Origin: Nitrospirota bacterium
GTDB lineage: Bacteria; Nitrospirota; Thermodesulfovibrionia; Thermodesulfovibrionales; Dissulfurispiraceae
Length of the DNA stretch: 64,000 nt
Reading direction: 5' to 3'
NCBI GenBank assembly: GCA_963790025.1
Contig: CAWBMP010000004.1
Coordinates: 1,152,001-1,216,000, forward strand
Each line of letters begins with the position of its first letter. The first letter of the stretch is position 1. This document shows positions 20,415 to 29,632 of this stretch, piece by piece. Under the pieces are notes generated by a model that ran no database searches, was not told the DNA's origin, and saw only the letters and a program-made list of their open reading frames with translations. Both the position numbers and the translations under genes were made by a program.

Positions 20415-21629
20415 ATGGCAACAACGTTCACGTGGTCCGGCAGGACGCCTTCTGGCGCTGTAAAAAGCGGCGAGACTGTCGCAGGCAGCAAGGATGAACT
20501 TATCTCAATCCTCAGAAAGCAGGGTATAACGCCGACCGTTATTTCCGAGAAAAAAGCTGTTTTAAAACTCTTTGGGCCACGAAAACAGAAAGTAACCGAC
20601 AAGGACCTCGTAATCTTCACCAGGCAATTTTCCACCATGTTCGGAGCCGGCATACCCATTGTACAGGGACTCGAAATACTATCGAAACAGAGCGAGAACA
20701 AATCTATGGGCGAGATTATAGGCCAGATAAAAAACGATGTTGAAACCGGCTCGAACCTTGCCACTGCAATGAAAAAGCATAAGAATATTTTCGACGACCT
20801 TTACGTAAACCTTGTTGCAGCGGGTGAAGCCGGAGGGGTTCTTGACGAAGTCCTGACTAGACTGGCAGGTCATATTGAAAAGACCATGAAGCTTAAGAAA
20901 AAGGTCAAGGGGGCCATGATATACCCGCTCATTGTGGTTTCAGTCGCAGTATTGGTACTCGCTATCATAATGGTATTTGTCATCCCAGTGTTCTCAAAAG
21001 TTTTCGGCGATATGGGCGTCAAACTTCCAGGGCCGACAAGAAGCGTTATCTTGCTGAGCAATTTTTTAAGCGGCATCGGGGGAGTCGTTATATTCGCGGT
21101 GTTTCTTGCTTCAGTCTTTGGAATTAAACAATTCAGAAGAACCGAGGCAGGCAAGGTCAAAACCGACCGGTTTATCATTAAATTGCCCGTATTCGGCAAT
21201 TTAATAAAAAAAGTTTCTGTTGCAAGGTTTACACGGACACTGGGCACCCTCTTAAACAGCGGCGTTCCGATACTGGACGGTCTCGAGATATGTGCCAAGT
21301 CCTCGGGAAACAAAGTCGTAGAGGAAATTGTCATAGGGGTAAAGACCGAGGTTGCTTCGGGCAGAACAGTTGCCGAGCCGCTTTCCAAATCACCGGTTTT
21401 CCCACCTATGGTCTGCCAGATGATAAGCGTTGGCGAATCAACCGGCGCACTTGACCAGATGCTAATCAAGATCGCGGATTTCTATGACGATGAAGTGGAT
21501 AATGCGGTCGCAAACCTCACAACCTTGCTGGAGCCTATGCTGATGGTGTTTTTGGGCGTCACTATAGGCTATATAGTTGTTGCACTATATTTGCCGATAT
21601 TCCGTCTGGGTGACGTCATAGGGAAGTAA
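20415..21629 (+). CDS. pilC: Type IV pilus inner-membrane platform protein PilC
   Basis: FTRQFSTM, AGEAGGVLD, GAMIYP, VGESTGALD T2SSF repeats. Confidence 0.95.
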   Translation: MATTFTWSGRTPSGAVKSGETVAGSKDELISILRKQGITPTVISEKKAVLKLFGPRKQKVTDKDLVIFTRQFSTMFGAGIPIVQGLEILSKQSENKSMGEIIGQIKNDVETGSNLATAMKKHKNIFDDLYVNLVAAGEAGGVLDEVLTRLAGHIEKTMKLKKKVKGAMIYPLIVVSVAVLVLAIIMVFVIPVFSKVFGDMGVKLPGPTRSVILLSNFLSGIGGVVIFAVFLASVFGIKQFRRTEAGKVKTDRFIIKLPVFGNLIKKVSVARFTRTLGTLLNSGVPILDGLEICAKSSGNKVVEEIVIGVKTEVASGRTVAEPLSKSPVFPPMVCQMISVGESTGALDQMLIKIADFYDDEVDNAVANLTTLLEPMLMVFLGVTIGYIVVALYLPIFRLGDVIGK

Positions 21630-21721
21630 GCATAGTAAAGATAGTAGGCAGTAGGCATTAAGCAGCAAAGGACAAGGAAAAAAACCTGTAGGTCAATTGC
21701 TTCTTTTTTGATGCCTACTGC

Positions 21722-23080
21722 TTACTTCTTACTGTTTTTGTGCTTCGACAGCCGGTAGCGGAACTCTCTGAAAGACAGTCCGAGGAGTGCTGCCGCCTTT
21801 GTCTTCACCCCACCCGACATCTCAAGCGCCTTTTCAAGAAAGTTTTTTTCGAGCGCACCCAAATATTCGTCCAGATTTACTCCACTATCAGACAGACCGG
21901 CAGGCAAATCAGTCCCTGAATGAACCTTGTTCACAGGAACATTACAGGCGGTGCATTTCAAATAGCCGTCCTCCGACAGGATTATTTCCCTCTCTATCAT
22001 ATTTTTTAGCTCCCTTACATTGCCCCTCAATTCCTGCTGCAGTGCATACTCCACGAACGCGGAATCTATTTTTACTATATTCTTCTGGAACTTTTTGGAC
22101 AGCACCTTCGCAAAGTGATCGATGAGAAGTGGGATATCCTCCTTCCTTTCTTTGAGAGTAGGCAACCGTATCTCAAAGGTCGAGAGCCGGTAATAAAGGT
22201 CGCTCCTGAACTCGTCTTTTTCCGAAAGATCGTTCAGGCCCTTATTGGTGGCCGCAATCACCCTAACATCCACCTCAATTTCAATATTGCTCCCGAGGGG
22301 CCGTATTTTTTTTTCCTCAAGAAAGCGCAGCAATTTCGCCTGCAGCGGCGGCGGCATCTCTCCTATCTCATCCAGAAAGAGGGTGCCGCCGTTTGCCTCG
22401 TCAATGAGCCCTCTTTTTGAGTTATAGGCGCCGGTGAATGATCCTTTTGTGTACCCGAACAGTTCACTTTCGAGGAGTTGGGCAGGCAGGCTCGCACAGT
22501 TAACTGCTATAAACGGTTTGGTATTCCTCATGCTCTTGTTGTGGATCGCCTTTGCCACAAGCTCTTTGCCTGTGCCGCTATCCCCCAGGATAAGGACATT
22601 GGTGTCAAAAGGCGCTATCTTCTCGATCACGTTAAATACCCGTTGCATAGCTTCAGATTTCCCGACGATACTCTGGTAGGAGTCGGCATATCGCTGAAGC
22701 TCTCTCACCTTTTTATGTAACAATATGTTTTCTTTTATATTTTTTAAAACAATCCTTATCTCGTCAATATTAAAGGGTTTGGTGATATAATCATAGGCGC
22801 CGAGCTTCATGGCTGTTATGGCAGTTTCAGTTGACGCAAATGCCGTTATTATAAGGACAACGGAGTCGGGGTAGAGTTTCTTGAACGTCTGTAGCAAGTC
22901 TATGCCGGAGCCGTCAGAGAGTCTGAGGTCGATAATAGCGAGATCGAAATACTGCTGTGCAAACAGCGACCCCGCTTCAACAATACCCGAAGCCTGATAT
23001 GTTTCAAATCCAGTTTCCACAAGAAGAAGATTCAACGACTTCCTGATATTCTCTTCATCATCAACTATAAGCGAAAGCAT
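21722..23080 (-). CDS. pilR: Sigma54-dependent response regulator PilR
   Basis: REC domain, AAA+ (GDSGTGKE, GSFTGA), C-terminal HTH LSFREFRYRL typical of PilR; located in the pilus locus. Confidence 0.88.
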   Translation of the reverse strand: MLSLIVDDEENIRKSLNLLLVETGFETYQASGIVEAGSLFAQQYFDLAIIDLRLSDGSGIDLLQTFKKLYPDSVVLIITAFASTETAITAMKLGAYDYITKPFNIDEIRIVLKNIKENILLHKKVRELQRYADSYQSIVGKSEAMQRVFNVIEKIAPFDTNVLILGDSGTGKELVAKAIHNKSMRNTKPFIAVNCASLPAQLLESELFGYTKGSFTGAYNSKRGLIDEANGGTLFLDEIGEMPPPLQAKLLRFLEEKKIRPLGSNIEIEVDVRVIAATNKGLNDLSEKDEFRSDLYYRLSTFEIRLPTLKERKEDIPLLIDHFAKVLSKKFQKNIVKIDSAFVEYALQQELRGNVRELKNMIEREIILSEDGYLKCTACNVPVNKVHSGTDLPAGLSDSGVNLDEYLGALEKNFLEKALEMSGGVKTKAAALLGLSFREFRYRLSKHKNSKK

Positions 23081-23207
23081 ATAACACCTCTGTACAAGGC
23101 AACGGGCTATAGGCGATAGACTATGGGTTAAAGGCCATGGCGAAATGTTGAAAAAAAAAGTTTATCTTTTGCCGATTGCCTGTCACCTATAGCCCGTTGC
23201 CTTTAAC

Positions 23208-24350
23208 TTATACCTTTTGCGGAAATATGATCGAAAATTTTGCTCCGCCAAGCGGAGAGGTACCGGCGAGAACCGTGCCGCCGAAGCCCGTTATGATTCC
23301 ATATGCGATTGCCAGCCCCAGCCCGGTGCCGTTTGGTTTAGTGGTAAAAAAGGGTTCGAAGATATTGTCCTTCATATCTTCATTGATACCGATGCCGTCA
23401 TCTTCCACTTCAATACATAGCTCCCTCTGGTCCTTTCTGAGTGCGACTCTCACGGTCGTCTGTGCTGCCTCGACCGCATTTTTAATAATATTATTGACAG
23501 CGATCTCCATAAAGGTCCTGTTTGCCGTGATTACAGCATCGCTCGCGTTGGTGAGAGTTATCTTTTTATCGCTCGCCTGGTGACTGACCAGCAGCTTCAG
23601 CATTGCAGAAAGATCGACATCTTCTTTCGGAGCATCAGCAGGCCTTGAGAACAGGAGGAAATCATTCACGAGGTTGATGAGACGTTTCACCTCGGTCATG
23701 AGCATATCTGTAAACTGCCTGTCGGTCCTGCCCTCATTCAGGAATTGCACAGCCGCCGATATCGAGGCAAGGGGGTTCCTTAATTCGTGTGCGAGATCTG
23801 CGCTTACCCTGTAAAGACGCTCATGCGCCTGCATTTTTATCTTTTCTTCTTCAAGACGCTTGATGTGGTGCTCCTGCTGCTCCATTCTCGTTTTCAGGTT
23901 ATCGCCCGCAAGAGCTATGAGGGAAAAAGCAAGAAGATGCAGCGAAATGTTGAGAACGCTCCCCCTTTCAAACATTATGCCGTAGCTATAGTACACCGCA
24001 CTATAAAGAATTGCAGAAATTGCCGGAAACAGAAGGATTTTCTTTGTTTTAATCAGGAATGACGAAAAAAAGATGGGGAACAAGTAAATAAGTGTCAAAA
24101 AAGAATAAATGCCAAAACTTATGTATACCATTGCAGAAATAAAGACAATATCAAGCAAAAAATCGAAATAGTTAACTTTCTTCGTGCTCACAACAAGCCG
24201 CAGGAGCACTATGGAAATATAGATGATCAGGATGTTTCTGAGGACCGGTACGGAGTAAGGCAGGCCAGCTATCTGAAATGCAATGAGCAGAGTCAGGGCA
24301 AAAATGAAACGACCAATGCGGTAATAATTGAAAAAAGACGAGGCATACAT
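23208..24350 (-). CDS. pilS: Membrane sensor histidine kinase, PilS-like (short, no PAS domain)
   Basis: About 6 TMs, AHELRNPLASI H-box, FFTTKPNGTGLGL G-box; upstream of pilR. Confidence 0.8.
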   Translation of the reverse strand: MYASSFFNYYRIGRFIFALTLLIAFQIAGLPYSVPVLRNILIIYISIVLLRLVVSTKKVNYFDFLLDIVFISAMVYISFGIYSFLTLIYLFPIFFSSFLIKTKKILLFPAISAILYSAVYYSYGIMFERGSVLNISLHLLAFSLIALAGDNLKTRMEQQEHHIKRLEEEKIKMQAHERLYRVSADLAHELRNPLASISAAVQFLNEGRTDRQFTDMLMTEVKRLINLVNDFLLFSRPADAPKEDVDLSAMLKLLVSHQASDKKITLTNASDAVITANRTFMEIAVNNIIKNAVEAAQTTVRVALRKDQRELCIEVEDDGIGINEDMKDNIFEPFFTTKPNGTGLGLAIAYGIITGFGGTVLAGTSPLGGAKFSIIFPQKV

Positions 24351-24447
24351 AAGCGTTATGGCGTACCGAGTTCAGCGTTTAGCGTTAACGGCAACAACAA
24401 ACCCTCAACAAACTGACAAAACATAATTGTGTGTAGTTTATAAATAA

Positions 24448-24484
24448 TGACATTTTTTGTCAATAAGGGTGACTTTTTTTGTCA
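24448..24484. promoter_or_regulatory. Tandem TGAC-N7-GTCA palindromes, putative PilR upstream activator sites
   Basis: TGACATTTTTTGTCA (24448-24462) and TGACTTTTTTTGTCA (24470-24484), 22 bp apart, ~75-110 bp upstream of the sigma54 promoter. Confidence 0.7.
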
Positions 24485-24557
24485 ATATCGTCCTGGCCGC
24501 TCACTTTCTGTCTAATAAAGAATATTTTAAAACAGGCAATTGCGACGTAGCCCATGA

Positions 24558-24573
24558 TGGCACAAAAGATGCT
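24558..24573 (+). promoter_or_regulatory. Sigma54 promoter of pilA
   Basis: TGGCACAAAAGATGCT, GG-N10-GC. Confidence 0.8.
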
Positions 24574-24695
24574 TTTATTATATAATAAAGACACTTTTGA
24601 TAACGGATGAAAAGTCGGGAATAACTACCATCAGAGGGTGCTCAAGCACAAAAAGAATCCGCCATTGGCGGATGAGCGTGAGAAGGAGGTCTTAT

Positions 24696-25118
24696 ATGAT
24701 TACCGCTATTCAGAGAAGGAGAGCGAGCGACGAAGGGGGCTTTACCCTTGTCGAATTATTAATCGTTATTGCTATTATCGCTATCTTGGCAGCAATAGCA
24801 ATACCGCAGTTCGCGCAGTACCAGGAGAGGGCCATAAGGGCAAGCATGCAGTCTGATGCGAAGAACGTTGCAACGATGGAAGAAGCAAACTTCGGAGATA
24901 CTCAAAGCTATACGTCCGTGGCGGCAACAGCATCAGGTGGAGCATTTTCGGTCGGCAGCCAACCTGCAAAGGCGAGCAAAGGCAACATAGTCAGCGTCCT
25001 AGCCGTGGCACCACCTACTAATACATATGTAATAACTGTTAACAATTCAAGTGCCGGGACAGGCTCAACAAATTACACTATGGACAACAGCGGTGGCATG
25101 GCTTTTGTTGGTCCTTAA
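24696..25118 (+). CDS. pilA: Type IVa major pilin
   Basis: AAGGAGGT RBS; prepilin cleavage G/FTLVELLIVIAIIAILAAIAIPQF; 125-aa mature protein. Confidence 0.93.
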   Translation: MITAIQRRRASDEGGFTLVELLIVIAIIAILAAIAIPQFAQYQERAIRASMQSDAKNVATMEEANFGDTQSYTSVAATASGGAFSVGSQPAKASKGNIVSVLAVAPPTNTYVITVNNSSAGTGSTNYTMDNSGGMAFVGP

Positions 25119-25144
25119 ATCAGTTTCCTTTACCGATGCATCTG

Positions 25145-25170
25145 CAAAGGGCGGCATATGCCGCCCTTTG
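25145..25170 (+). terminator. Stem-loop after pilA
   Basis: Perfect palindrome CAAAGGGCGGCATATGCCGCCCTTTG. Confidence 0.75.
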
Positions 25171-25222
25171 TTATTAATATGAATTAATGGCTTTAGACAA
25201 GTATCATTATTGAAAGCGAGCC

Positions 25223-27151
25223 ATGAACCGCTACGATCTGATATTTTTATCGTCTTTTGCGATCTTCACCTTTTTTCTTACACCGAACATAAACACCGGC
25301 GACGGCGGGGAACTGGCTACGGCAGCCTGGTTCCTCGGCACGGCCCACCCGTCGGGCTATCCCTTATATTTGATGATAGGCAAAACTTTTACTTTTTTCC
25401 CCTTGGGAAATATCGCTTTCAGGACCGCCATAATCTCCGCGTTGTTCAGTTCGCTATCTTTAACACTCATATACTGGCTCATGCTGCGTTTGACATCCAA
25501 CAGCGCAGCCTCATTGTTTGCAGTAACTGTGCTTCTCGTTTCTTATTCTTACTTTTCCCAGTCGGTCGTCGCCAAGTTCTATATGTTGAATCTATTTCTG
25601 ATACTGCTGTTATTTACACTGTGGGCAACTCGTGTCAACAGCGCTGAGCACGAAGCCGTCGACAAACAAAACGGGCCATGTGACACACAGCTTTTATATT
25701 TTACAATGTTCATTGCCGGGCTGATCACTGCCAACCACCATACAGGCATAATTATTCTGTGCCCCGTGGCGGTTGCCTGTTTTTTAACAAAAAACTATCG
25801 TCTCAAATTTAGTACAATATTTACCGGAATTGCGCTTTTTATGTCCGGATTTTTTACAAATAGCTATCTGATTATCCGGGGGAGCGCCGATCATTTTTTC
25901 AATGCTCAAAATATCGATGACTTCATTGACTTCTATAAGGTCGTTACACGGCAGGTTTACGGCGACAGCAGTACAATAGCTTCGACAAACCTTTTAGTTC
26001 ATGGATTCACTTCATATTGGTACGCTCTCAAAAATTTCCTTTCGATACTGACATCCAATTTCAGTTACTTTTCTTACGCACTTTTTCTTGTCGGTTTCAT
26101 CTATTTGATAAGAAAAAACCCGAAATTATTTATCTTCATTTTTATCAGCTTAACAATGTACGGGCCGGCACTTGCGAAATTGACGCTGGTTTCAAAAAAG
26201 CAATATGAAATAGATTATTACATTACTGCCAACCAATATTTTATCCCGGCCATCTCCTTCTTTATAATCGTGCTCGCAATCGGGTTCCACCACTGCGAAG
26301 AGATTCTGAAAGATAGAGGGCTAAAGCTTCTATCGAAGCTGCTCCCCGTCACCTTGGCCCTTTTCCCTCTGGTTTTTTTAGTTTCGCGGGCAACGGACAG
26401 TGACTACAGGACCGATTTTGTTCCATATCAGCTTGCCAAAGATACTTACTCCGTATTACCTCCCGATAGTGTCATTATGACATTTGGAGATAATGCCTCA
26501 TACCAGGGATGGTACCTGAAACTCGTCGGCAGATACCGCGAAGATATATGCCAGATCGCGTCAGGCAATCAAAAGACAATAGATTGGATGTTCCAGGGAT
26601 GCGACAAAAAAATTTATGGCACCGTCTTCCCAATGTTTTATTCGAGAAAATTTAATGAATTGGTGCCTATGATACTCAAATACAGGTATTATGGTACCGA
26701 TCCTATAAAGGATAAAGGGGCATACAAGCAATACCTATGCAGCGACGCTGTTTCTATCGATTATTTATACCTCCCCCGGGAGGTGTTCACAAGCAATAGA
26801 ACTGAACTAAGCAAGGATGCCGGTTCTTTTCTGAGCCGAAAACAGCTTGCGGCTGACAAGGTGATTAATCCTTCTGTTTGCCTCACCCACTTTACCGACG
26901 ACCTCTTTTCGAGGCAGCTTTGCTCCAGTTATGTCATCCACCTGACCAATATTGCCAGGCTTTATTCCGAGGCATCCTATCATAGGACAGGAGAGAAAGT
27001 TAAGGTGCAGGCGAGAGATATGCGGAGCGGATACACCCAGCCGCTCTATACTGTCGATGTCACGGAAAAAAACAGACCCTATCTGGAACTTTCAACCCAT
27101 ATATTGAGGTTTAACAAATGGCCGATATTATACATGCGCAAAAAAGAATAA
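25223..27151 (+). CDS. DUF2723 / TMEM260-like multi-pass GT-C glycosyltransferase
   Basis: GDGGEL...LGTAHPSGYPLY, YFSQSVVAKFY, NHHT, later FGDN...WY...YRED motifs; many TMs. Confidence 0.82.
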   Translation: MNRYDLIFLSSFAIFTFFLTPNINTGDGGELATAAWFLGTAHPSGYPLYLMIGKTFTFFPLGNIAFRTAIISALFSSLSLTLIYWLMLRLTSNSAASLFAVTVLLVSYSYFSQSVVAKFYMLNLFLILLLFTLWATRVNSAEHEAVDKQNGPCDTQLLYFTMFIAGLITANHHTGIIILCPVAVACFLTKNYRLKFSTIFTGIALFMSGFFTNSYLIIRGSADHFFNAQNIDDFIDFYKVVTRQVYGDSSTIASTNLLVHGFTSYWYALKNFLSILTSNFSYFSYALFLVGFIYLIRKNPKLFIFIFISLTMYGPALAKLTLVSKKQYEIDYYITANQYFIPAISFFIIVLAIGFHHCEEILKDRGLKLLSKLLPVTLALFPLVFLVSRATDSDYRTDFVPYQLAKDTYSVLPPDSVIMTFGDNASYQGWYLKLVGRYREDICQIASGNQKTIDWMFQGCDKKIYGTVFPMFYSRKFNELVPMILKYRYYGTDPIKDKGAYKQYLCSDAVSIDYLYLPREVFTSNRTELSKDAGSFLSRKQLAADKVINPSVCLTHFTDDLFSRQLCSSYVIHLTNIARLYSEASYHRTGEKVKVQARDMRSGYTQPLYTVDVTEKNRPYLELSTHILRFNKWPILYMRKKE

Positions 27152-27741
27152 AACAGGCTGTAATAATAGCTGTTTGTATGATTTGCATTGTGCTTCTGCG
27201 TCTTTCTTTGGACCAGTGGCAGGGCTATTCCAAAGGGGCGGAAGAACTGAAAAAGGGCAATTACAATAATGCTATTATGTATTTCGATCGCGTTCTTAAT
27301 GCACATATCCCATTCAGCCCTCTTGAGAATAAGGCTGAAAAAAACTTGCTCGCACTTGGTTCAAAGTTCGAAAATGAGAAGGAATATGAACTTGCCCTAT
27401 TATGCTACGAGACCATACGGACATCCCGGTATCTGACACGGCATTTTTTCATTCCCGGTGCTTCACGCATTCCGTACTTGAGCAGTAGGATTGCAGCCAT
27501 CAAGGCCCGGGATTTGGTCAGGGACGGCCTCGTCAGAGATTATAAAGAAGGGTATAATCAGCAGCTCGGAATAATGAGTAGAGATTTCTCACCTTCGGTA
27601 TTCTGGTCACTCATTGCCGTAGCATCCTTCTGGGCTTATATTGGATTTATTGTTCTGTGGATATTAGAAAGAAAACGGGTTTATGTATACATTTTCTGTC
27701 TCGCTTTCATTGTTTGGATGACCGGCCTGTATTTTGCATAG
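27118..27741 (+). CDS. Hypothetical membrane protein with a TPR-like soluble domain
   Basis: N-terminal TM, helical TPR-like segment (KGNYNNAIMYFDRVL), two C-terminal TMs. Confidence 0.6.
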   Translation: MADIIHAQKRIKQAVIIAVCMICIVLLRLSLDQWQGYSKGAEELKKGNYNNAIMYFDRVLNAHIPFSPLENKAEKNLLALGSKFENEKEYELALLCYETIRTSRYLTRHFFIPGASRIPYLSSRIAAIKARDLVRDGLVRDYKEGYNQQLGIMSRDFSPSVFWSLIAVASFWAYIGFIVLWILERKRVYVYIFCLAFIVWMTGLYFA

Positions 27742-27771
27742 TTTTTTATCGCATACTATAGAAACAGGAAT

Positions 27772-28896
27772 ATGCACGTAAAGGGAGTTTTAATACTAAA
27801 CAGGAGATGTATAAGGCATCCGGAAAAAGGCGGGTCGGAAGCCTATACACTCGATTTTGCAAAGATACTAATAGAACAAGGGCATAACGTTGAGTGGTTT
27901 TCTTCCAGGGCAAACGGCCTGAAAGACAGGGAAGAAATAGAAGGCATAAGATTTGTCAGAAAAGGCAATGAACTGACAACCCATTTTCACGGTCTTCTTT
28001 ACGCACTTAAAAGAAAAGAATGGCTCATAGTAGACGTATTCAACGGCATCGGTTTTTTCACTTTTTTCATGAAGAACTCCATAATCCTGATCTTCCAGAC
28101 TTACAATGAATTCTGGACTACTGAATTGGGCACTATTGGCTATCCTTTTAAATTAATTGAAAAAATATTATTGCGCTTATATAGAAACAAGCCGGCAATT
28201 ACGATTTCAGATTCAACATCTCAGGATTTAAGAGAGATTGGATTCACTGATGTCAAAATAATACATCCTTGTATTACCATTAATCCATTGGACCATGTCC
28301 CTGAAAAAGAGAGCACATTAAAGCTGGTTTATCTGGGGAGACTAAAAAAGACCAAAAATCCGGAAGATGCGATAAGAGCATTTCTTCTTGTAAGGGAAAA
28401 AATTAAAGATGCAAAACTTTGCATTGTAGGAGACGGACCACTGTCCGTTTCACTCAAAGAAAAATATAAAAATGAAAAAGGAGTATTTTTTTTAGGATAC
28501 TTAAATAACGAAAAAAAATACGAGTATCTGAAAAAGGCACATTTCTTGCTTATTCCTAGTATACGAGAAGGCTGGGGGATGGTAGTAATCGAGGCAAATG
28601 CAATGGGAACACCCGCAATAGGATATAAGGTAAAGGGGTTGCAGGATAGCATTAAAGACGGAGATACAGGAATTCTTGTGTCAGGATGTGAGGCCATGGC
28701 TTTAAAGGTTTTGGAGCATTGGACGGACAGACAAAAGTATTACAAACTATGCAAACAAGCCCTTGAATGGGCAAGAGAATTCTCCCAGAAAAAAACAAGG
28801 CAGGATTTTATGACATATCTGGATGAGGAAAGGCCGCATAACGCAGTCAAAACCGTTATAGAAGACTCTCGACAGGAGTCAAAACGTCTGCCATGA
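27772..28896 (+). CDS. GT4-family glycosyltransferase
   Basis: HPEKGGSE, YLGRL, PSIREGWGMVVIEANAMG (EX7E). Confidence 0.92.
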   Translation: MHVKGVLILNRRCIRHPEKGGSEAYTLDFAKILIEQGHNVEWFSSRANGLKDREEIEGIRFVRKGNELTTHFHGLLYALKRKEWLIVDVFNGIGFFTFFMKNSIILIFQTYNEFWTTELGTIGYPFKLIEKILLRLYRNKPAITISDSTSQDLREIGFTDVKIIHPCITINPLDHVPEKESTLKLVYLGRLKKTKNPEDAIRAFLLVREKIKDAKLCIVGDGPLSVSLKEKYKNEKGVFFLGYLNNEKKYEYLKKAHFLLIPSIREGWGMVVIEANAMGTPAIGYKVKGLQDSIKDGDTGILVSGCEAMALKVLEHWTDRQKYYKLCKQALEWAREFSQKKTRQDFMTYLDEERPHNAVKTVIEDSRQESKRLP

Positions 28897-28897
28897 T

Positions 28898-29632
28898 ATG
28901 AAAACTCTGGTAGTAATTCCAACATACAATGAAGAGAACAATATAGGTAAAGTACTGGACGCCACTCTGCAATTCCTCGGCGGTGACATCCTTGTGGTAG
29001 ATGACAATTCAACGGACGCAACAAAGAATATAGCCGGGAATTTTCTTAATGCCGGAAGGGTCCACATGTTGGAGAGACCCTCAAAACTCGGCCTTGGCAC
29101 CGCTTATATCAATGGTTTTCAGTGGGGACTCGAAAGAGGTTATGAATTATTTTTTGAGATGGACGCAGACAACTCCCACAATCCCGCTGCTCTCCCATGG
29201 TTTGTCGAAAAGATAAGAGAGGGATATGACATAGTAGTGGGCTCAAGGTATTTAAACAATACTATCAGTGTCGTGGGCTGGGATTTCAAAAGGCTGCTGC
29301 TTTCAAAGTTCGGCAACTGGTATGCTTCGACTCTGCTGGGGTTGAAGCAATTCACCGATTTGACAAGCGGGTACAGGTGCTATACGAGTAAAGCTTTGAA
29401 GGCAATAGGGCTTGAAAAAATAAAATCTAACGGCTACGCCTTCCAGATCGAGATGGTCTACAGGGGGAATGTAAAAGGACTAAAGATTGCTGAGATGCCT
29501 ATAATATTTTATGAGCGGGGCGGAGGGGGATCGAAAATGAGCAGGAACATCGTAAGGGAGGCGGTATTTTTACCTTTGAAATTACATTTTGAAGCAATCA
29601 GCAATATATTAAAAAGGAATAATGACAGATAA
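28898..29632 (+). CDS. Polyprenol monophosphomannose synthase-like GT2 (Ppm1/DPM1)
   Basis: VIPTYNEEN, VVDDNS.D.T, KLGLGTAYINGF, EMDAD.SH, DLTSGYR, SNGYAFQIEM, ER..G.SKM. Confidence 0.88.
   Translation: MKTLVVIPTYNEENNIGKVLDATLQFLGGDILVVDDNSTDATKNIAGNFLNAGRVHMLERPSKLGLGTAYINGFQWGLERGYELFFEMDADNSHNPAALPWFVEKIREGYDIVVGSRYLNNTISVVGWDFKRLLLSKFGNWYASTLLGLKQFTDLTSGYRCYTSKALKAIGLEKIKSNGYAFQIEMVYRGNVKGLKIAEMPIIFYERGGGGSKMSRNIVREAVFLPLKLHFEAISNILKRNNDR

Noticed and set aside
24574..24695. Riboswitch in the pilA leader
   Set aside because: Only a short ATCCGCC-ATT-GGCGGAT hairpin is visible; no c-di-GMP or other aptamer consensus recognised
24741..25118. Conductive e-pilin (F1, F24, Y27, F51, Y57 match Geobacter PilA positions)
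   Set aside because: Full-length pilin with only 9 aromatics in 125 residues (~7%) and Y32 absent; not supportable from sequence
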